DNA of 63,642 nucleotides, counting the filler, from Nemertoderma westbladi (Eukaryota > Animalia > Xenacoelomorpha): assembly GCA_032718475.1 (NCBI GenBank). It is 3 parts of 3 records of this genome, joined end to end, with 100 filler letters (N's around TTAATTAATTAA, not from the genome) between each part and the next. Parts side by side here need not be neighbours in the genome. Positions count along the whole stretch, not along the records: positions 25,495 to 55,308 come from JAUCBJ010007924.1; 2 more parts are not named here. One strand, 5' to 3'. The translations under genes were made by a program, and so were the position numbers. Every line of letters begins with the position of its first letter. Position 1 is the first letter of the stretch. Below are positions 33,801 to 47,460 of the stretch, piece after piece. The notes under the pieces are model-generated. The model was not told the origin of the DNA. It did no database searches and was given only the letters and a program-made list of their open reading frames with translations.

Positions 33801-36800
33801 GTATAATGTCTGGTTGGCTGTTGTCCGGGGGTCTACAGTCTGGGTGGCTGTTGTCCTGGGGTGGACTGTTTGCGTGGTTGTTGTCCGGGGGTCTAATATC
33901 TGGTTGGCTGTTGTCCGGTGGTCTACTGTCTGGGTGGCTGTGGTCCGGGGGTCTAATGTCTGGTTGGCTGTTTTCCGGGGGTCTACTGTCTGGGTGGCTG
34001 TTGTCCGGGGGTCTGATGTCTGGGTGGCTGTTGTCCGGGGTCTACTGTCTGGGTGGTTGTTGTCCGGGGGTCTACTGTCTGGTTGGCTTTTGTCTGGGGG
34101 TCTACTGTCTGGGCTGCTGTTGTTCGGGGGTCTACTGTCTGGGTGACTGTTGTCCGGGGACTACTGTTGGGGTTGCTGTTTTCAGGGGGTGTACTGTCTG
34201 GTTGGCTGTTGTCCGGGGTTCTACTATCTGGGTGGCTGTTGTCCGGGGGTCTAATGTCTGGGTGGCTGTTGTCCGGGGGTCTAATGTCTGGTTGGCTGTT
34301 GTCCGGGGGTCTAATGTCTGGTTGGCTGTTGTCCGGGGGTCTAATATCTGGTTGGCTGTTGTCCGGGGGTGTACTGTCTTGTTGGCTGTTGTCCGCAGGT
34401 CTAATGTCTGGTTGGCTGTTGTCTGGTGGTCTAATGTCTGGTTGGCTGTTGTCCGGGGGTCTACTTTCTGGGTGGCTGTTGTCCGGGGGTCAACTGTCTG
34501 GGTGGCTGTTGTCCGCAGGTCTAATGTCTGGTTGGCTGTTGTCTGGTGGTCTAATGTCTGGTTGGCTGTTGTCCGGGGGTCTACTTTCTGGGTGGCTGTT
34601 GTCCGGGGGTCAACTGTCTGGTTGGCTGTTGTCCGGGTCTACTATCTGGGTGGCTGTTGTCTCAGGGGGTCTAATGTCTGGTTGGCTGTTGTCCGGGGGT
34701 CTAATGTCTGGTTGGCTGTTGTCGGGGGGTCTAATGTCTCGTTGGATATTGTCCGGGAGTCTACTTTCTGGGTGGCTGTTGTCCGGGGGTCTACTGTCTG
34801 GGTGGCTGTTGTCCGGGGGTCTAATGTCTGGTTGGCTGTTGTCGGTTGGTCTAATGTCTGGTAGGCTGTTGTCCGGGGGTCTACTGTCTGGGTGGCTGTT
34901 GTCCGGGGGTCTAATGTCTGGTTGGCTGTTGTACGGGTCTACTATCTGGGTGGCTGTTGTCTCAGGGGGTCTAATGTCTGGTTGGCTGTTGTCCGGGGGT
35001 CTAATGTCTGGTTGGCTGTTGTCGGGGGGTCTAATGTCTCGTTGGCTGTTGTCCGGGAGTCTACTGTCTGGGTGGCTGTTGTCCGGGGGTCTACAGTCTG
35101 GGTGGCTGTTGTCCGGGGGTCTACTGTCTGGGTGGCTGTTGTCCGGGGGTATAATGTCTGGTTGGCTGTTGTCCGGGGGTCTAATGTCTGGTTAGCTGTT
35201 GTCAGGGGGTCTAATGTCTGGTTGGCTGTTGTTCGGGGGTGTAATGTCTGGTTGGCTGTTGTCTGGCGGTCTACTGTCTGAATGGCTGTTGTCCGGGGTT
35301 CTACTGTCTGGGTGGCTGTTGTCCGGGGGTCTACTGTCTGGGTGGCTGTTGTCCGGGGTCTACTGTCTGGGTGGCTGTTGTCCGGGGGTCTAATGTCTGG
35401 GTGGCTGTTATCCGGGGGTTTTTCTGTCTGGTTGGCTGTTGTCCGGGGGTCTAATGTCTGGTTGGCTGTTGTCCGGGGGTCTACTGTCTGGGTGGCTGTT
35501 GTCCGTGGGTCTAATGTCTGGTTGGCTGTTGTTCGGGGGTCTACTGTGGGGGTGGCTCTTTTCCGCTGGTCTACTGTCTGGGTGGCTGTTGTCCGGGGGT
35601 CTAATGTCTGGTTGGCTGTTGTCCGGGGGTCTACTGTCTGGGTGGCTGTTGTCCGTGGGTCTAATGTCTGGTTGGCTGTTGTTCGGGGGTCTACTGTGGG
35701 GGTGGCTCTTTTCCGCAGGTCTACTGTCTGGGTGGCTGTTGTCCGGGGGTCTAATGTCTGGTTGGCTGCTGTCCGGTTTTCTACTGTCTGGTTGGCTTTT
35801 GTCCGGGTGTCTAATGTCTGGTTGGCTGTTTTCCGGGGGTCTACTGTCTGGGTGTCTGTTGTCCGGGGGTCTAATGTCTGGTTGGCTGTTATCCGGTGGT
35901 CTACTGTCTGGGTAGCTGTTGTCCGGGGGTCTAACATCTGGTTGGCTATTGTCCGGGGTCTATTGTCTGATTGGCAGTTGTCCGGGGGTCTAATGTCTGG
36001 TTGGCTGTTGTCCGGGGGTCTACTGTCTGGGTGGCTGTTGTCCGGGGGTCTACTGTCTGGGTGGCTGTTGTCCGAGGGTCTACTGTCTGGGTGGATGTTG
36101 TCCGGGGGTCTAATGTCTGGTTGGCTATTGTCCGGGACTCTACTGTCTGGGTGGCTTTTGTCCAGGGGTCTAATGTCTGGTTGGCTGTTGTCCGGGGGTC
36201 TACTGTTTGGGTGGCTGTTGTCTTGGGGTCTACTGTCTGGGTGGCTGTTGTCCGGGGGTCTAATGTCTGGTTGACTGTTGTCCAGGGGTCTACTATCTGG
36301 GTGGCTGTTATCCGGAGATCTAATGTCTGGTTGGCTGTTGTCCGGGGGTCTAATGTCTGGTTGGCTGTTTTCCGGGGGTCTACTGTCTGGTTGGCTGTTG
36401 TCCGGGGGTCTACTGTCTGGGTGGCTGTTGTCCGGGGGTCTAATGTCTGGTTGGCTGTGGTCCGGTGGTCTATTGTCTGGGTGGCTGTTGTCCGGGGGTC
36501 TAATGTCTGGTTGGCTGTTGTCCGGGGGTCTAATATCTGGTTGGCTGTTGTCCGGGGTCTAATTTCTGGTTGGCTGTTGTCCGGGGGTCTAATGTCTGGT
36601 TGACTGTTGTCCGGGGGTATACTGTCTGGGTGGCTGTTGTCCGGGGGTCTACTGTCTGGGTGGCTGTTGTCCGGGGGTCTACTGTCTGGGTGGCTGTTGT
36701 CCGGGGGTATAATGTCTGGTTGGCTGTTTTTCGGGGGTCTAATGTCTGGTTGGCTGTTGTCTGGGGGTCTACTGTCTGGGTGGCTGTTGTTCGGGGGTCT

Positions 36801-37450
36801 ACTGTCTGGGTGGCTGTTGTCCGGGGGTCTACTGTCTGGGTGGCTGTTGTCCGGGGGTCTACTGTATGGGTGGCTGTTATCCGGGGGTGTACTGTCTGGT
36901 TGGCTGTTGTCTTGGGGTCTAATGTCTGGTTGGCTGTTGTCCGGGTGGCTGTTGTTCGGGGGTTAATGTCTGGTTGGCTGTTGTCCGGGGGTCTAGTGTC
37001 TGGATGGCTGTTGTCCGGGGGTCTACTGTCTGGTTGGCTGTTGTCCGGGGGTCTACTGTCTGAGTGGCTGTTGTCAGGGGGTCTAATGTCTGGTTGGCTG
37101 TTGTCCGGGAGTCTACTGTCTGGGTGGCTTTTGTCCGGGGGTATAATGTCTGGTTGGCTGTTGTCCGGGGGTCTACAGTCTGGGTGGCTGTTGTCCTGGG
37201 GTCGACTGTTTGCGTGGTTGTTGTCCGGGGGTCTAATATCTGGTTGGCTGTTGTCCGGGGGTCTACTGTCTGGGTGGCTGTGGTCCGGGGGTCTAATGTC
37301 TGGTTGGCTGTTTTCCGGGGGTCTACTGTCTGGGTGGCTGTTGTCCGGGGGTCTGATGTCTGGGTGGCTGTTGTCCGGGGTCTACTGTCTGGGTGGTTGT
37401 TGTCCGGGGGTCTACTGTCTGGTTGGCTTTTGTCCGGGGGTCTACTGTCT
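30807..37450. repeat. G/T-rich minisatellite, 30-bp unit (GGTCTAMTGTCTGGKTGGCTGTTGTCCGGG), about 220 copies, as a duplicated ~3.35-kb block
   Basis: Variant units recur at a 3347-bp offset (e.g. 31545/34892, 31935/35282). Confidence 0.97.
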
Positions 37451-37737
37451 GTCTACTATGGAATTCTCCACGTTCCATTATAATTGTCAATTAAGCTTCT
37501 TGCATATATAATTGGACAATTAATTATATTATCTGAAATCTAGGCATAGGATTCTTACTCATTGCTGGACCACCCAGTTATGATCAGCAAAATATTATTA
37601 TTGCACATATTAAAGTATAAAATAGGTAAATATGAACTGCATTAATCGGCCTCTATTTGTTTATTCGGCCGACGATTTTATTTTAATTTTGCTAAATAAA
37701 TAGATATCTATATCTATATGTTATTACCAAGAAAAAT

Positions 37738-37830
37738 AGATCAGGTATAACCTCTTGTTTAATTCTCCAGCAGTGCCCACTGAATCTTAATCTGCGCTCA
37801 CGGAGGGTGGTTGATACAGGTGGTATTGTG
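37738..37830 (-). mobile_element. Small fragment of an RTE LINE C-terminus
   Basis: IPPVSTTLRERRLRFSGHCWR, same motif as RLRFAGHCFR in the element at 40997-43186. Confidence 0.7.
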
Positions 37831-40144
37831 TATGTGTACCAATAATTTAATGTAGGGCCTACCCATAATACATTTGTGAAACTGTAAAATAGGGATACAA
37901 CAAGTGTAGTGTTTGTACCTTTTATTTTAATAATTTGTAATTTAAAATAATTGAATGACATCTTGTTGTTCTTATGCATTTTTTCAAATTTAAGTCACAA
38001 TGTTAATTTCTTACTTAAATAATAGCGGACAATTACTGCTGAGTGGCAGATGGGAGATCAGTTGGGCATTCTGCACACAGTGATCACCTTTACCCTCTTC
38101 CATATTTACATACTGAACATGTTCCTTCTTGTTTATATTTGAACAAGGAATACTGCAACCATTACTCAGTCTTTCTTTCTAACATATTTATTCAAATAAA
38201 ATACATTCGGACGCAATAAAAACACGTTCATGAAAATATATTTTGTAATCCGTCCCATTCATCCTTACTCGTCGCATCAAAGAAACCCAAACCATCATCC
38301 GCGAATACAACTAAAGATTGCCGTTGAGTAATTTGGACATACTGAGTGGCACATGGTGTAATATATATCTGGCTCAAAGTTTATAGCTCTGGCTCTAACT
38401 CATATTGAATGGATCACTTAGGAGTAAAATATGTAATCCCAGTGAATCAATTATTTGTCTTGCTCTGTATATAAGTGGATCTATTGTATTCATGTTATCA
38501 CTGCTATAAGAGAGCTGTAAATGCCGGTACTTTAGTAGGCCTACACAGTAAAACCTCGTATTAATTTACTGAAAGTAAACATCATTTTACACCGTCCGCC
38601 GACCCAGAACAACACAAGTGGCAAAAACAAAATTGTTTAGGGATGAAGATTTTTAGTTTAAAATGATATTGATATTAATTATTGTCTATAATAATTAATA
38701 ATTAACCTGACCCCGGCACAAATGTTCTAAAGGGACTAACCGAGCGCTTATTTCTTCTGATCTTCTTGCCTTGTATACTTAAATGGTAGTTAAATGAGTA
38801 CCAATTTCCTCTGTGAGGTATAATTATGGGGGACCGCACTGGAAAGAAGTCAACAGACTTTGTGTGTAATCCCTGACAGAAGAAAACTTTACCGAATTTA
38901 TACGCTACGAATGCAATTTTGAGCATATGAATATCAGTATATCGATTACGTATCTATTACCTTTGTGTACCGGTATTGAATGTAAGAAGCAAACACTATT
39001 GTTAAGGTGATCACGTGAGCATTGGCTTGAGATACTCGGAAAGATGTCCTATGGATTAGTCAGTAGAATAACCGTAGCTCGATTCGGTCCTAAAGAATAA
39101 CCGGTGTCCTAGTTTCTATTGAATCCCCCTAAAAAAAGACTCCCCTGATTGGGGGTTCATTCCAACTGGTTGAAATGATTTTCCTTCGAAGGTTGGGCAG
39201 TAGTTTGTAATGAATCCCATAAAAAATGACTCCCAAATCATTTAAACCTATGTGAATCCCCATTCATTCCAACCTATAGGTTTAAATTAATCCCCATTTA
39301 TTTCAACCTATAGGTTTAAATGAATCCATTGATCAACGGGATTCAATACAAACTACACTCTTAGAAAACATTGAAACAATATTGGCAAAATTGTAAACTA
39401 TATTGCCATTCCGCACAAATTTGGTACACCGATCTCGACTTCCTATTTGGCTAGCCATCAAAGCAATATAAAATAGCCGTTGCATTTTGGTAATATAATT
39501 TGTCAAATATCTTGCACATTTGGCAATATACTTTATTACGACATTCGTTTATATTGCCACAAATGCAAACTATTTTCAGCCAATTAAATTGCCAAATTGT
39601 CTATATGTGATAATTAGGCGTAGCTGGCCAAAACGACAATAGGATAATAATCCGTACCATTTAGAAAGTATGTTTTTGGGAAGTGGCATGTGTCGGGGTC
39701 GCTAAAGAGAATCCAAAACAATAGACGATTGCCAATAGATCAGGTTACTGACTGTTATATTTGTTATCTTATACAGCTGTTATTTGGGTCAATTATCCGG
39801 AGAGGGTTGGATTTTCGTGTCAAGAATACACCAAGCCCCCCGCCCGCCCCGTCCCTGCTGCCCACCCAACAATATATCTGGGGGGATATTAAGTAAAAGG
39901 GTGTTTGATAAGATACAAAATTGCAAAATAAAATAGTTGGTAATATTTAAATGATTGATTATTATTGCTATGTATAAAACAATTACAAAACAAATCAAAT
40001 TCAATAAAAAAAAACACTAAACTATAAAATAGTTAAGTTCTATATTTCCAAATTCGAACATTTTATTAACACCGTTGATACTAACGACGGACCCACAACA
40101 CGAGCTAAACTGTTTACAGTGGTGAATCCGAATGCCAACGTGTT

Positions 40145-40320
40145 TCACAGTTTAGGTGCGGTGTCCAAAGAAACGGCCGTCATCTCTACCTTGGACGCAA
40201 TCCGCATGCACGAGATAATCCCATGGTTGTAGAGATGAACATAGTGCATAGTTGGGGAGTTCTCTGCTGTGAGAACGACACCGAGGTAGCAGAAACTGTT
40301 TACGAACTCTCTGGGATGAA
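40145..40320 (-). mobile_element. Degraded LINE RT C-terminal fragment
   Basis: VNSFCYLGVVL resembles the F-x-YLG thumb motif; GC-richer than flanks. Confidence 0.4.
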
Positions 40321-40954
40321 AAAGGCATGACATCTTTAGTGAAGTCGACTTTTATTATGTAACCTTGTAACCTGTAACTTTTATTTGAAAAAAGCAAGGT
40401 AACTAACTACATTTCCAGTCTGCTAGTACAATAGTGGCACACCAACAACTAGAATTACTGTATTACTATTGTTACAGTACTGTTGTATTACTTGTTGTAT
40501 TACTAGAAATTATACAATATGACAATTGTACTTATAGACCAACCTGGCCAACTGATAGACCTTTCCTGGTTGCTGATTTTATTTCTCAGGTCAGTTTTCA
40601 TTTTTAATGAAATCTAGTTAGTCTGTGTGTCTGTCTGTCGGTCGGTCTTTCTGACTTTCCGACAATCTGTCAGTCAAATATAGGAAAAGGTCACACCATC
40701 TAGCTAAAAGTTTAGTTATAGGGGCTTTCCTGGTTGCCGAATCGATTTCGAGTGTCAGAATTAACATTTGATGACTTCCAAATTGTCTGTTTGGCTGTCA
40801 GTTATATTTTGACGGACAGACTGACAGGCTTACAGATAGGAACGACGACGCCAAATTTAAATACTGATATTAGGAATGAAATCACGCACCAAGAAACCCC
40901 ATATTGGAAATTTTTTTAGACAGATAGTATGAATTCCATTGTTTTGGAGACATA

Positions 40955-43900
40955 ATACTACTACTAGGTTCGGCATGCTGCATTGCAGCTGCATTTTTAA
41001 GAATGCTGTGCCGGCTTGTCGACAAAATTGCGCCGCCACAACTCCCTATCACCCATGACATTTGCAAGGTCTTCCGCATCTTCCAGGCCAGTGTCCTTTA
41101 AGATGCGTCTCAAGAAAGTCATGGGCTGTCCACCATGCTTATTCACTCCATGAGGCTGCCAAAGTACAAGATTATGCACTGGCTGGTCCTCACGGCGAAA
41201 GCAATGTCCTGCAAAGCGGAGGCGATTTTGTTCTAGTGTCAAGCTTGGGGGAACCAATGAGACACCTCCAATGTTATATAGTGTCTGGTTGGAGATGTGT
41301 GCATTGTACTTGACACAATGAACCCGGCGTAGCATTCTTGTGAATGTGCCATCCAGAGATTTGGTGTCCTCAGCAGTTAGAGCCCAGCATGGACTTCCAT
41401 AGAGGAGTACTGGAACTACTGCTGCTCTAAATAACCGGACCTTAAGTTTTCGATTAATTCTCGGTGACTTCCAAATCCTGGAAAGCCTATTCAAGGCTGC
41501 CCATGCCTTTCCCTTACGTATTCGAAGGTCCTCACCTGCTTTCCGGATCCATGATCCCAGGTAACAGAAGTCATCCACATGCTCAAGCATACCATATTTT
41601 GAGCTTATGCTCATCCGATCAGAGACTTGCTGAGGACTTTCAAAGTTAAGTGTCAAAATTTTAGTCTTTCTGGAGTTAATAAAAAGACCAACACTAGAAG
41701 CAGCATGTTCTAATGAGCTGAGGAGCCGTTGGGCTCCCTCTAGTGATTCTGAGAGTTCTCCTAAGTCATCAGCAATGTCTAGATCAGTTAGGTACTTGGC
41801 AGGATTTCCTCGACTTCTGAAGCCAGAAGGTGGAGTTATCATCACCCCATCATCATTATGATGATCTAAGGACATGCGTAGAACATAGTCAACAACAATT
41901 ATGAACAAGAATGGTGCAAGTGTGTCTCCCTGGAGGACGCCCCATAACACTTCAAATGGTTCTGTGTCACCGTCAACAGTAGACACAAATGTTGTCGAAC
42001 CATCGTATACTGATCTGATTGCTGCAATAATTTCATCAGGAATCCCATATAATGAAAGTATGCTGAACATACGTGAGCGAGAGACTGAATCAAAGGCCTT
42101 GGAGAAGTCAACAAAGATAACAGCCAGATGCCTGTCTTTCTTTTTTGATAACTCTTCAATTATCCTTCTAAGTGCCAAAATGGGCTCCATGGTCCCACGA
42201 CCTTTACGGAACCCATTCTGATTTCCACGGAGCAGTCTCTCAATGGGATCCCTGATGCGATTTAATAGAATTCTATTGTATAGCTTTGCAGCAAACGAGA
42301 TCAATGAGATTCCCCGAAAAGAACCATAGAGTGTTAGGTTGCCCTTCTTGGGAACTGGTACCAACTTATTTGTTTTCATTTCTTGTGGGACTCTTGTTGT
42401 ACGGTACATGGCTACTATGATGGGATAGATGAGCTTTAAACACTCAGGTATTTTAAAGACCTCAGGGGGAACACCATCTACTCCACTGGCACGATTGGTC
42501 TTAATGCTCTTTGCAGCAGCCTTCACTTCTGCAAAGGAGATATCACCAATGGGAATATCTGGGAGTACAGACACAGACACTTTTACTTCTATAAAGTTAT
42601 CAGGCAATACCCTGTCATTATTGAGGAGCTTTTCAAAGTGGGCCTTCCAACCATTGAGGCGATCGGCTGGTGATTCAGCCTTAACCTTGGTGGTTGGTTG
42701 GCTTTTTCGACCAGCAAGCAAGTTGATCGATCTCCATGCCTGGGATGATTGCCTGCTGTCGTCAGCATCATTGATAGCATCAACCTGTTGGTTTATTAGC
42801 TCCTGTAAATTAACAGAGTACTGCCTGTTCAGGGACCTAGATGCAGCCTTAACTGCATTCTTGGCCGCTGTAGTCTGTTTGAGTCGGGACTCTTTCTGCG
42901 CCTTGTAGAGGTCATTTCGGCATTTCTGAATTTGGTTGTCAGTCCAGGGGGCCCGTTTCCTGTTTCGATGGTATACAGGAACTGTTTCTGCAGCTGCTAA
43001 CTTAACTGCCTCTGTGAAGGCAGTATAACCCTCACAGTGATCTGCCGCCTCAGAGGCAAGAACATCATACCTGTTGCTCAGCTGTAGTGTGAAGCTTGGC
43101 TGTTGCAACAGAGAGGACCAGTCATGCCGCGGCAAGGCAGATTTCGTTGTTCTGCTAGCACGCAGACTAAGTCTCACCTTGGCCACAATTAGGCGGTGAT
43201 CACTGGAGAAGGTGTAGAGGATCGTAGTGTAAATGCATTACAATCTTGTATAGAGCTCCTGTATTTCCTACGAAACAGGATATGGTCTATCTGGGACTTG
43301 TGACCACTGGGTCCACTATGAGTCCATAACTTTCCAGTTCGCTTCTTGAACTAGGTTCCCGCCGAAAACAATCCATTTCCAGAGATAAAATCCTGAAGAT
43401 GGACGGAATTTCGGTTAACACTATTGCTATAGACCCAGGGCGATGTAGGTGATTGATGCAGACTTGCATTAAAGTCTCTCAGGAATGTTAAGAATGCATG
43501 CTGATCCACTCCATCAGTAGCTGCTTGTAGATTCTGGTAGAAATTTTCCACCTCCTCTACAGGGGCAACACTAGTTGCAGAGTAGCACACAATCAGAACC
43601 ACCTTAGGAAACTTCTTAGCCAGTCTTCCAGAACATGAGAAGTGGCAACGGATGATGCGGTTAGAGATTTGGTCTATTTTGTCCAATGCTGCATGTGCAG
43701 TTGGATTCATCAATAGACCAATTCCAGCATTGCCACTTTCATCTGCTGAAGCGAGGGCGAGTCGCCAACCGCCCCCCATGCCCTTAATCAAAACCTCATC
43801 AGTCTGTCCAGACTGTCGGTGCTCTTGAACACCCATTGCACTAAGAGATAGCTTATCTGCCAAGGCAGTCAGCTCACCTTGTCGCATTGGGGACCCGAGT

Positions 43901-44370
43901 GTTAGGGCGTTTACTGAGGCTAGTCTAGTGACTTGCCTCAGATTCACCAATGGCTTTGTTGGTCGGGGTGGAACATGAGAGTAGCCTCCAAATCCAGAAT
44001 CCCTCTCCCCCTCACAATCTGGCCTCCCTGGTGACCCAGGGCTTGGGCCAGAAAGGTCATCAGGAAAGGGACTCAAAAAATTGTTTGCCGCTCTCTCTCC
44101 AGTAGGGGGTGAGACAGGCAGCCGGTCAGGAGATAACTGACGCCTGTGAGGCCGATTGTGTCCAGTCATTCCACTGGCCTCTAGTGGCTGGACCTCCGCA
44201 TTACTAATGTAATCCATAGTGGGGGTTGGGGGGTGCTTTTTTTGCCGAGTCAGCTCTCGGGGCAAATACCACACCCTGGTTTGCCATTCCACAGGGTGGG
44301 TGTCGCAGTGGAGTCAGATATGAGGCCCATCACCCATATCTACTCTCGCGCACATGACCCACATGACTCT
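40955..44370 (-). mobile_element. Near full-length RTE-clade LINE (single APE+RT ORF), inactivated
   Basis: APE motifs (VNALTL, GVQEHR, RDFNA, QIDHIL, SDHRL) and RT motifs (QNGFRKGR, FVDFSKAFDS, GVLQGDTLAP, DIADD, FCYLGS); (TAG)n tail at 40955-40966; in-frame TAG at 43353-43351 and a frameshift near 43215-43235. Confidence 0.93.
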
Positions 44371-45739
44371 TTTAAGGGTGAAATTTGGCAAATTTTGCAA
44401 AATTTTAAAGGCCATGAGGCTGGGGTAGATTTATATGAAAATCACAATTTCACATTTTGTGTTTGTTTCCAACCTATTTGACATTAAATATTTGCATCTT
44501 CCTTAACTTTTATAAAAAATACAAAATATCTGGGATATTCAAAACTGGCATTGCCTTCTCAAAATTTTGAAATTTTCAAGTGTCGTGAGGCCCGCTTAGA
44601 ATTTTTCGAAATCAAAAATTTTTTTTTGCAAAGTTAGTTTAGACCGATTTGGCATCAGAAAAATAGTGCTTCCCTTAAAAATATAGAAAAAATTTTTTTC
44701 ACTCCACCCTACTATGCAGCTACAGGTGGCACCTCCTTTATGCTGCATGGTGGTGGCAAGTTTTCTTGATCAATGACCTAGAATAGCTGACCTAAACTAC
44801 CTTAAACTACTTAATTAATGTATAGAACAATTAGCGTGATTTCACTTTCACCTCCGGAAATGGGTCTCGTAAATGGATTTTTGGTGGACACGACTACTTC
44901 AATTTCATTTTTCGAATACTTAAATTTACATTCACGGCAAGTATTATAGCGCATTCGATAGGTAAATAAATTTTCTATTCACTTTTATGAATAACTCAAA
45001 ATCTTCCAGATGGCCAGTTAACCCCTTTTATAGGTGTCACGCCACATATTTTGGATTATTCTGATTATTTGAGGCTATACATTGGATCCTAACGGACCCA
45101 AAGCCCCCCTCACCGGTTTCTCCTTTTCCTCATCCCAGAGGTTTTTCTATGGTGTTACAGTACACTATTTTTATATGCCGCACAAAGGAGCCTCAATATA
45201 CATCTTGGGAAGAACAGAAATCACTGTGTTTTTGCACTATCTTGACAAGCTTTTCCTTATTTCTCAGCAGGTTCCACACAATCATGGTAAAGGATCCAAG
45301 AATTCAACCCATATTGAATTTATCTTAATATCACAACCAATCAGATTACATATGCCCATATCATATTAACGGAATCTAACCAATAGCGACAGAGCGTCCC
45401 CTGGCATTGCCATGTAAAAAGAGTACTTAGTTTATAAATTTACACATAGGTGCTGTATTAACATTCCATTTTAAAGTTTAATTCTAATTAAAGTGATTAT
45501 TTATAGCTGACATTTTAGGATATTTGTTTATAAATATTCTACTTGCAAATATTGGTCATGGGAAAAGTGAAATGTACTTTATATTATAATGTTGAAGGTA
45601 TAAGCGTTAATTCGAATTATTGAAACAGGTTAGATTTAAATTTCCACAATGACAATAGAGATTTTAGGATTTTTATTCCTATAGGAATATTGTAGAAAAA
45701 CGAATTTACTCGAGAATGTAGGGTAGGGTCAGGAGGTAG

Positions 45740-46130
45740 GTGGTGGATTCGGTGGCACCGGGAGTATTGGCTAACCAGAGAGTGGCGTCGTTTGATATCG
45801 CGGTTGTTAAAGCTGACGCCACCTCCTACGCCCAGACAAACCGTTCCACTTACTTTATTCTGAAGCAGCGGTGTCGACTCAAGAAGCTGCACTACCGTAC
45901 TGTTCGCGAGTAACTGAGGAACGGGGGATGGCCTTTACCGCGCTGGTCGGCACCACCGACGGTGGCTGGTGCACCGACGCCCAGATACTAATCAGCAATC
46001 TCGCCGAGACACTTGTGGCTCATCGGGATGGTATGATAGAGAGGGGCCTCGCGTGCGTGATGAGTGGTATTCGCCGGAGGTTGTAATTCGCTGTCCTTCT
46101 GTCCAGCTCTCTCTGTCGCCATGGCGGTCG
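45740..46130 (+). mobile_element. 3' fragment of a CRE-clade-like non-LTR retrotransposon (restriction-like endonuclease region)
   Basis: GVLANQRVASFDIAVVKADATSY...KKLHY, then after a frameshift ERGMAFTALVGTTDGG...LA...IRRRL*FA, matching the CRE pattern AFFDVRV...SY...KK.KY...FTPLV.S.DG...R.RLSFA. Confidence 0.65.
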
Positions 46131-46303
46131 GCGATCGTAGCAAGGATTGGGTTTTGGGGATGGTGCTGGAATCCGTGGAGTTGGACTAGCGCAGCGGCAC
46201 GATACTAAAACGTATAGGCCTACTTCTGTACCCATCAATAAATTGCGAATTAATTTGATTTATTGTTCTATAATTTGAGATATTGCTATATACCATAATT
46301 TAT

Positions 46304-46530
46304 CAGATAGGGGTGAAACTGGACGCAATAAAAATTCATCCCTCTCCAGGTGGAATTCGACGCAAATCACAGCTGATTACTCTCAAAAATAAAACTGTAA
46401 TCTGTTCTATTGTTTTTAGTTTATTGTTTTGGTTAAAATAACGTGCCACTGTCACGTGCTCCATTCCCTAAATTGAGAATTTAACATTGAGGCGGGATAT
46501 AAATTCGCCAAGATGGGATTTGCATCCAGT
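46304..46530 (+). mobile_element. MITE family A, copy 3
   Basis: Colinear with 15592-15832. Confidence 0.8.
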
Positions 46531-47387
46531 GCATCCATCTCTAATTTATATTAATATAATATACTACGAAATATCTGGGGATTATAAGACAAATTTACTC
46601 GAAAATCAACAACCAATTATTTCCTTTCGCCCGAATACAAAAACTGCATTCTAACTTAACAAATTACATTTTTATTTATTTTCTCCGTGCCTAAAACAAT
46701 TCAAATCAAGGTTTATATAAGAGGTGCCCAATAAATAATTATTTGTACGATTGTATTATAGTATTACATCAATTGTAGAGATAATATATAAGAGGTAGTT
46801 TTAGAGGTTTGAGCTTGTACTTGGAGAGGAGGTAGCGTGCTGTTGTTGGGCCCAGTTTCTTGAGGGGCGCGTCCCGATTATATATTTGCACAATTTTTGT
46901 GCGGATTTTTGTGGTTTTCAATTTAGTTTGCAAGTTAATAACCCAAGTTTCATTTCCTAATTGTATATATTCTTTCATATAACTACTTCACGGTTCACAC
47001 ATAAACATTCAACTTTCAACTCATGAAAATAATTCTGCATATTGAAAGTTTAAAATTGACTGTTTATGTGCGAACGTCCCCATAAGCTACTGTACAGTGT
47101 GTTCTACCTTTTAGTTGAAAATAGAGAGCTCATGAATAACCCAGGCCTTCCTTAGTAACACTGTGTATAAGTTGTTGCGTTGTTGAGGTAAATATCTTCA
47201 AGTATATCCATCCTTTTTCAATTTCATGATAATTTAATTACAAATCTGGGAATGGGGACTGGGCTATAACTGCTGAGGACACCAAATCTTTTACGAAGAG
47301 CTTACGAAGACTAGTAACGAATAATTTTTCATTTTCATATATTCGCCTTTTATGGTTTTTAAGCACAGCTTAGCAAAGTGGGTGTTG

Positions 47388-47460
47388 ACATCCAGGTGGG
47401 ATCGAACTAATGACCTCCGGGTTGGAAGTCTGGCGCTCAAGGTCTAGCTATTCCCATCCC
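47388..47460 (-). pseudogene. tRNA-derived SINE head or tRNA pseudogene (TCC anticodon-like loop)
   Basis: Minus strand TAGCT..GAGCG-CCAGA-CTTCCAA-CCCGG-AGGTC...GTTCGATCC; stems are broken, so not a functional tRNA. Confidence 0.5.

Noticed and set aside
30820-37511. Long hydrophobic repeat ORFs (SGWLLSGG, VWLAVVRG)
   Set aside because: Products of a 30-bp satellite, open in several frames and on both strands, with frequent frameshifts.
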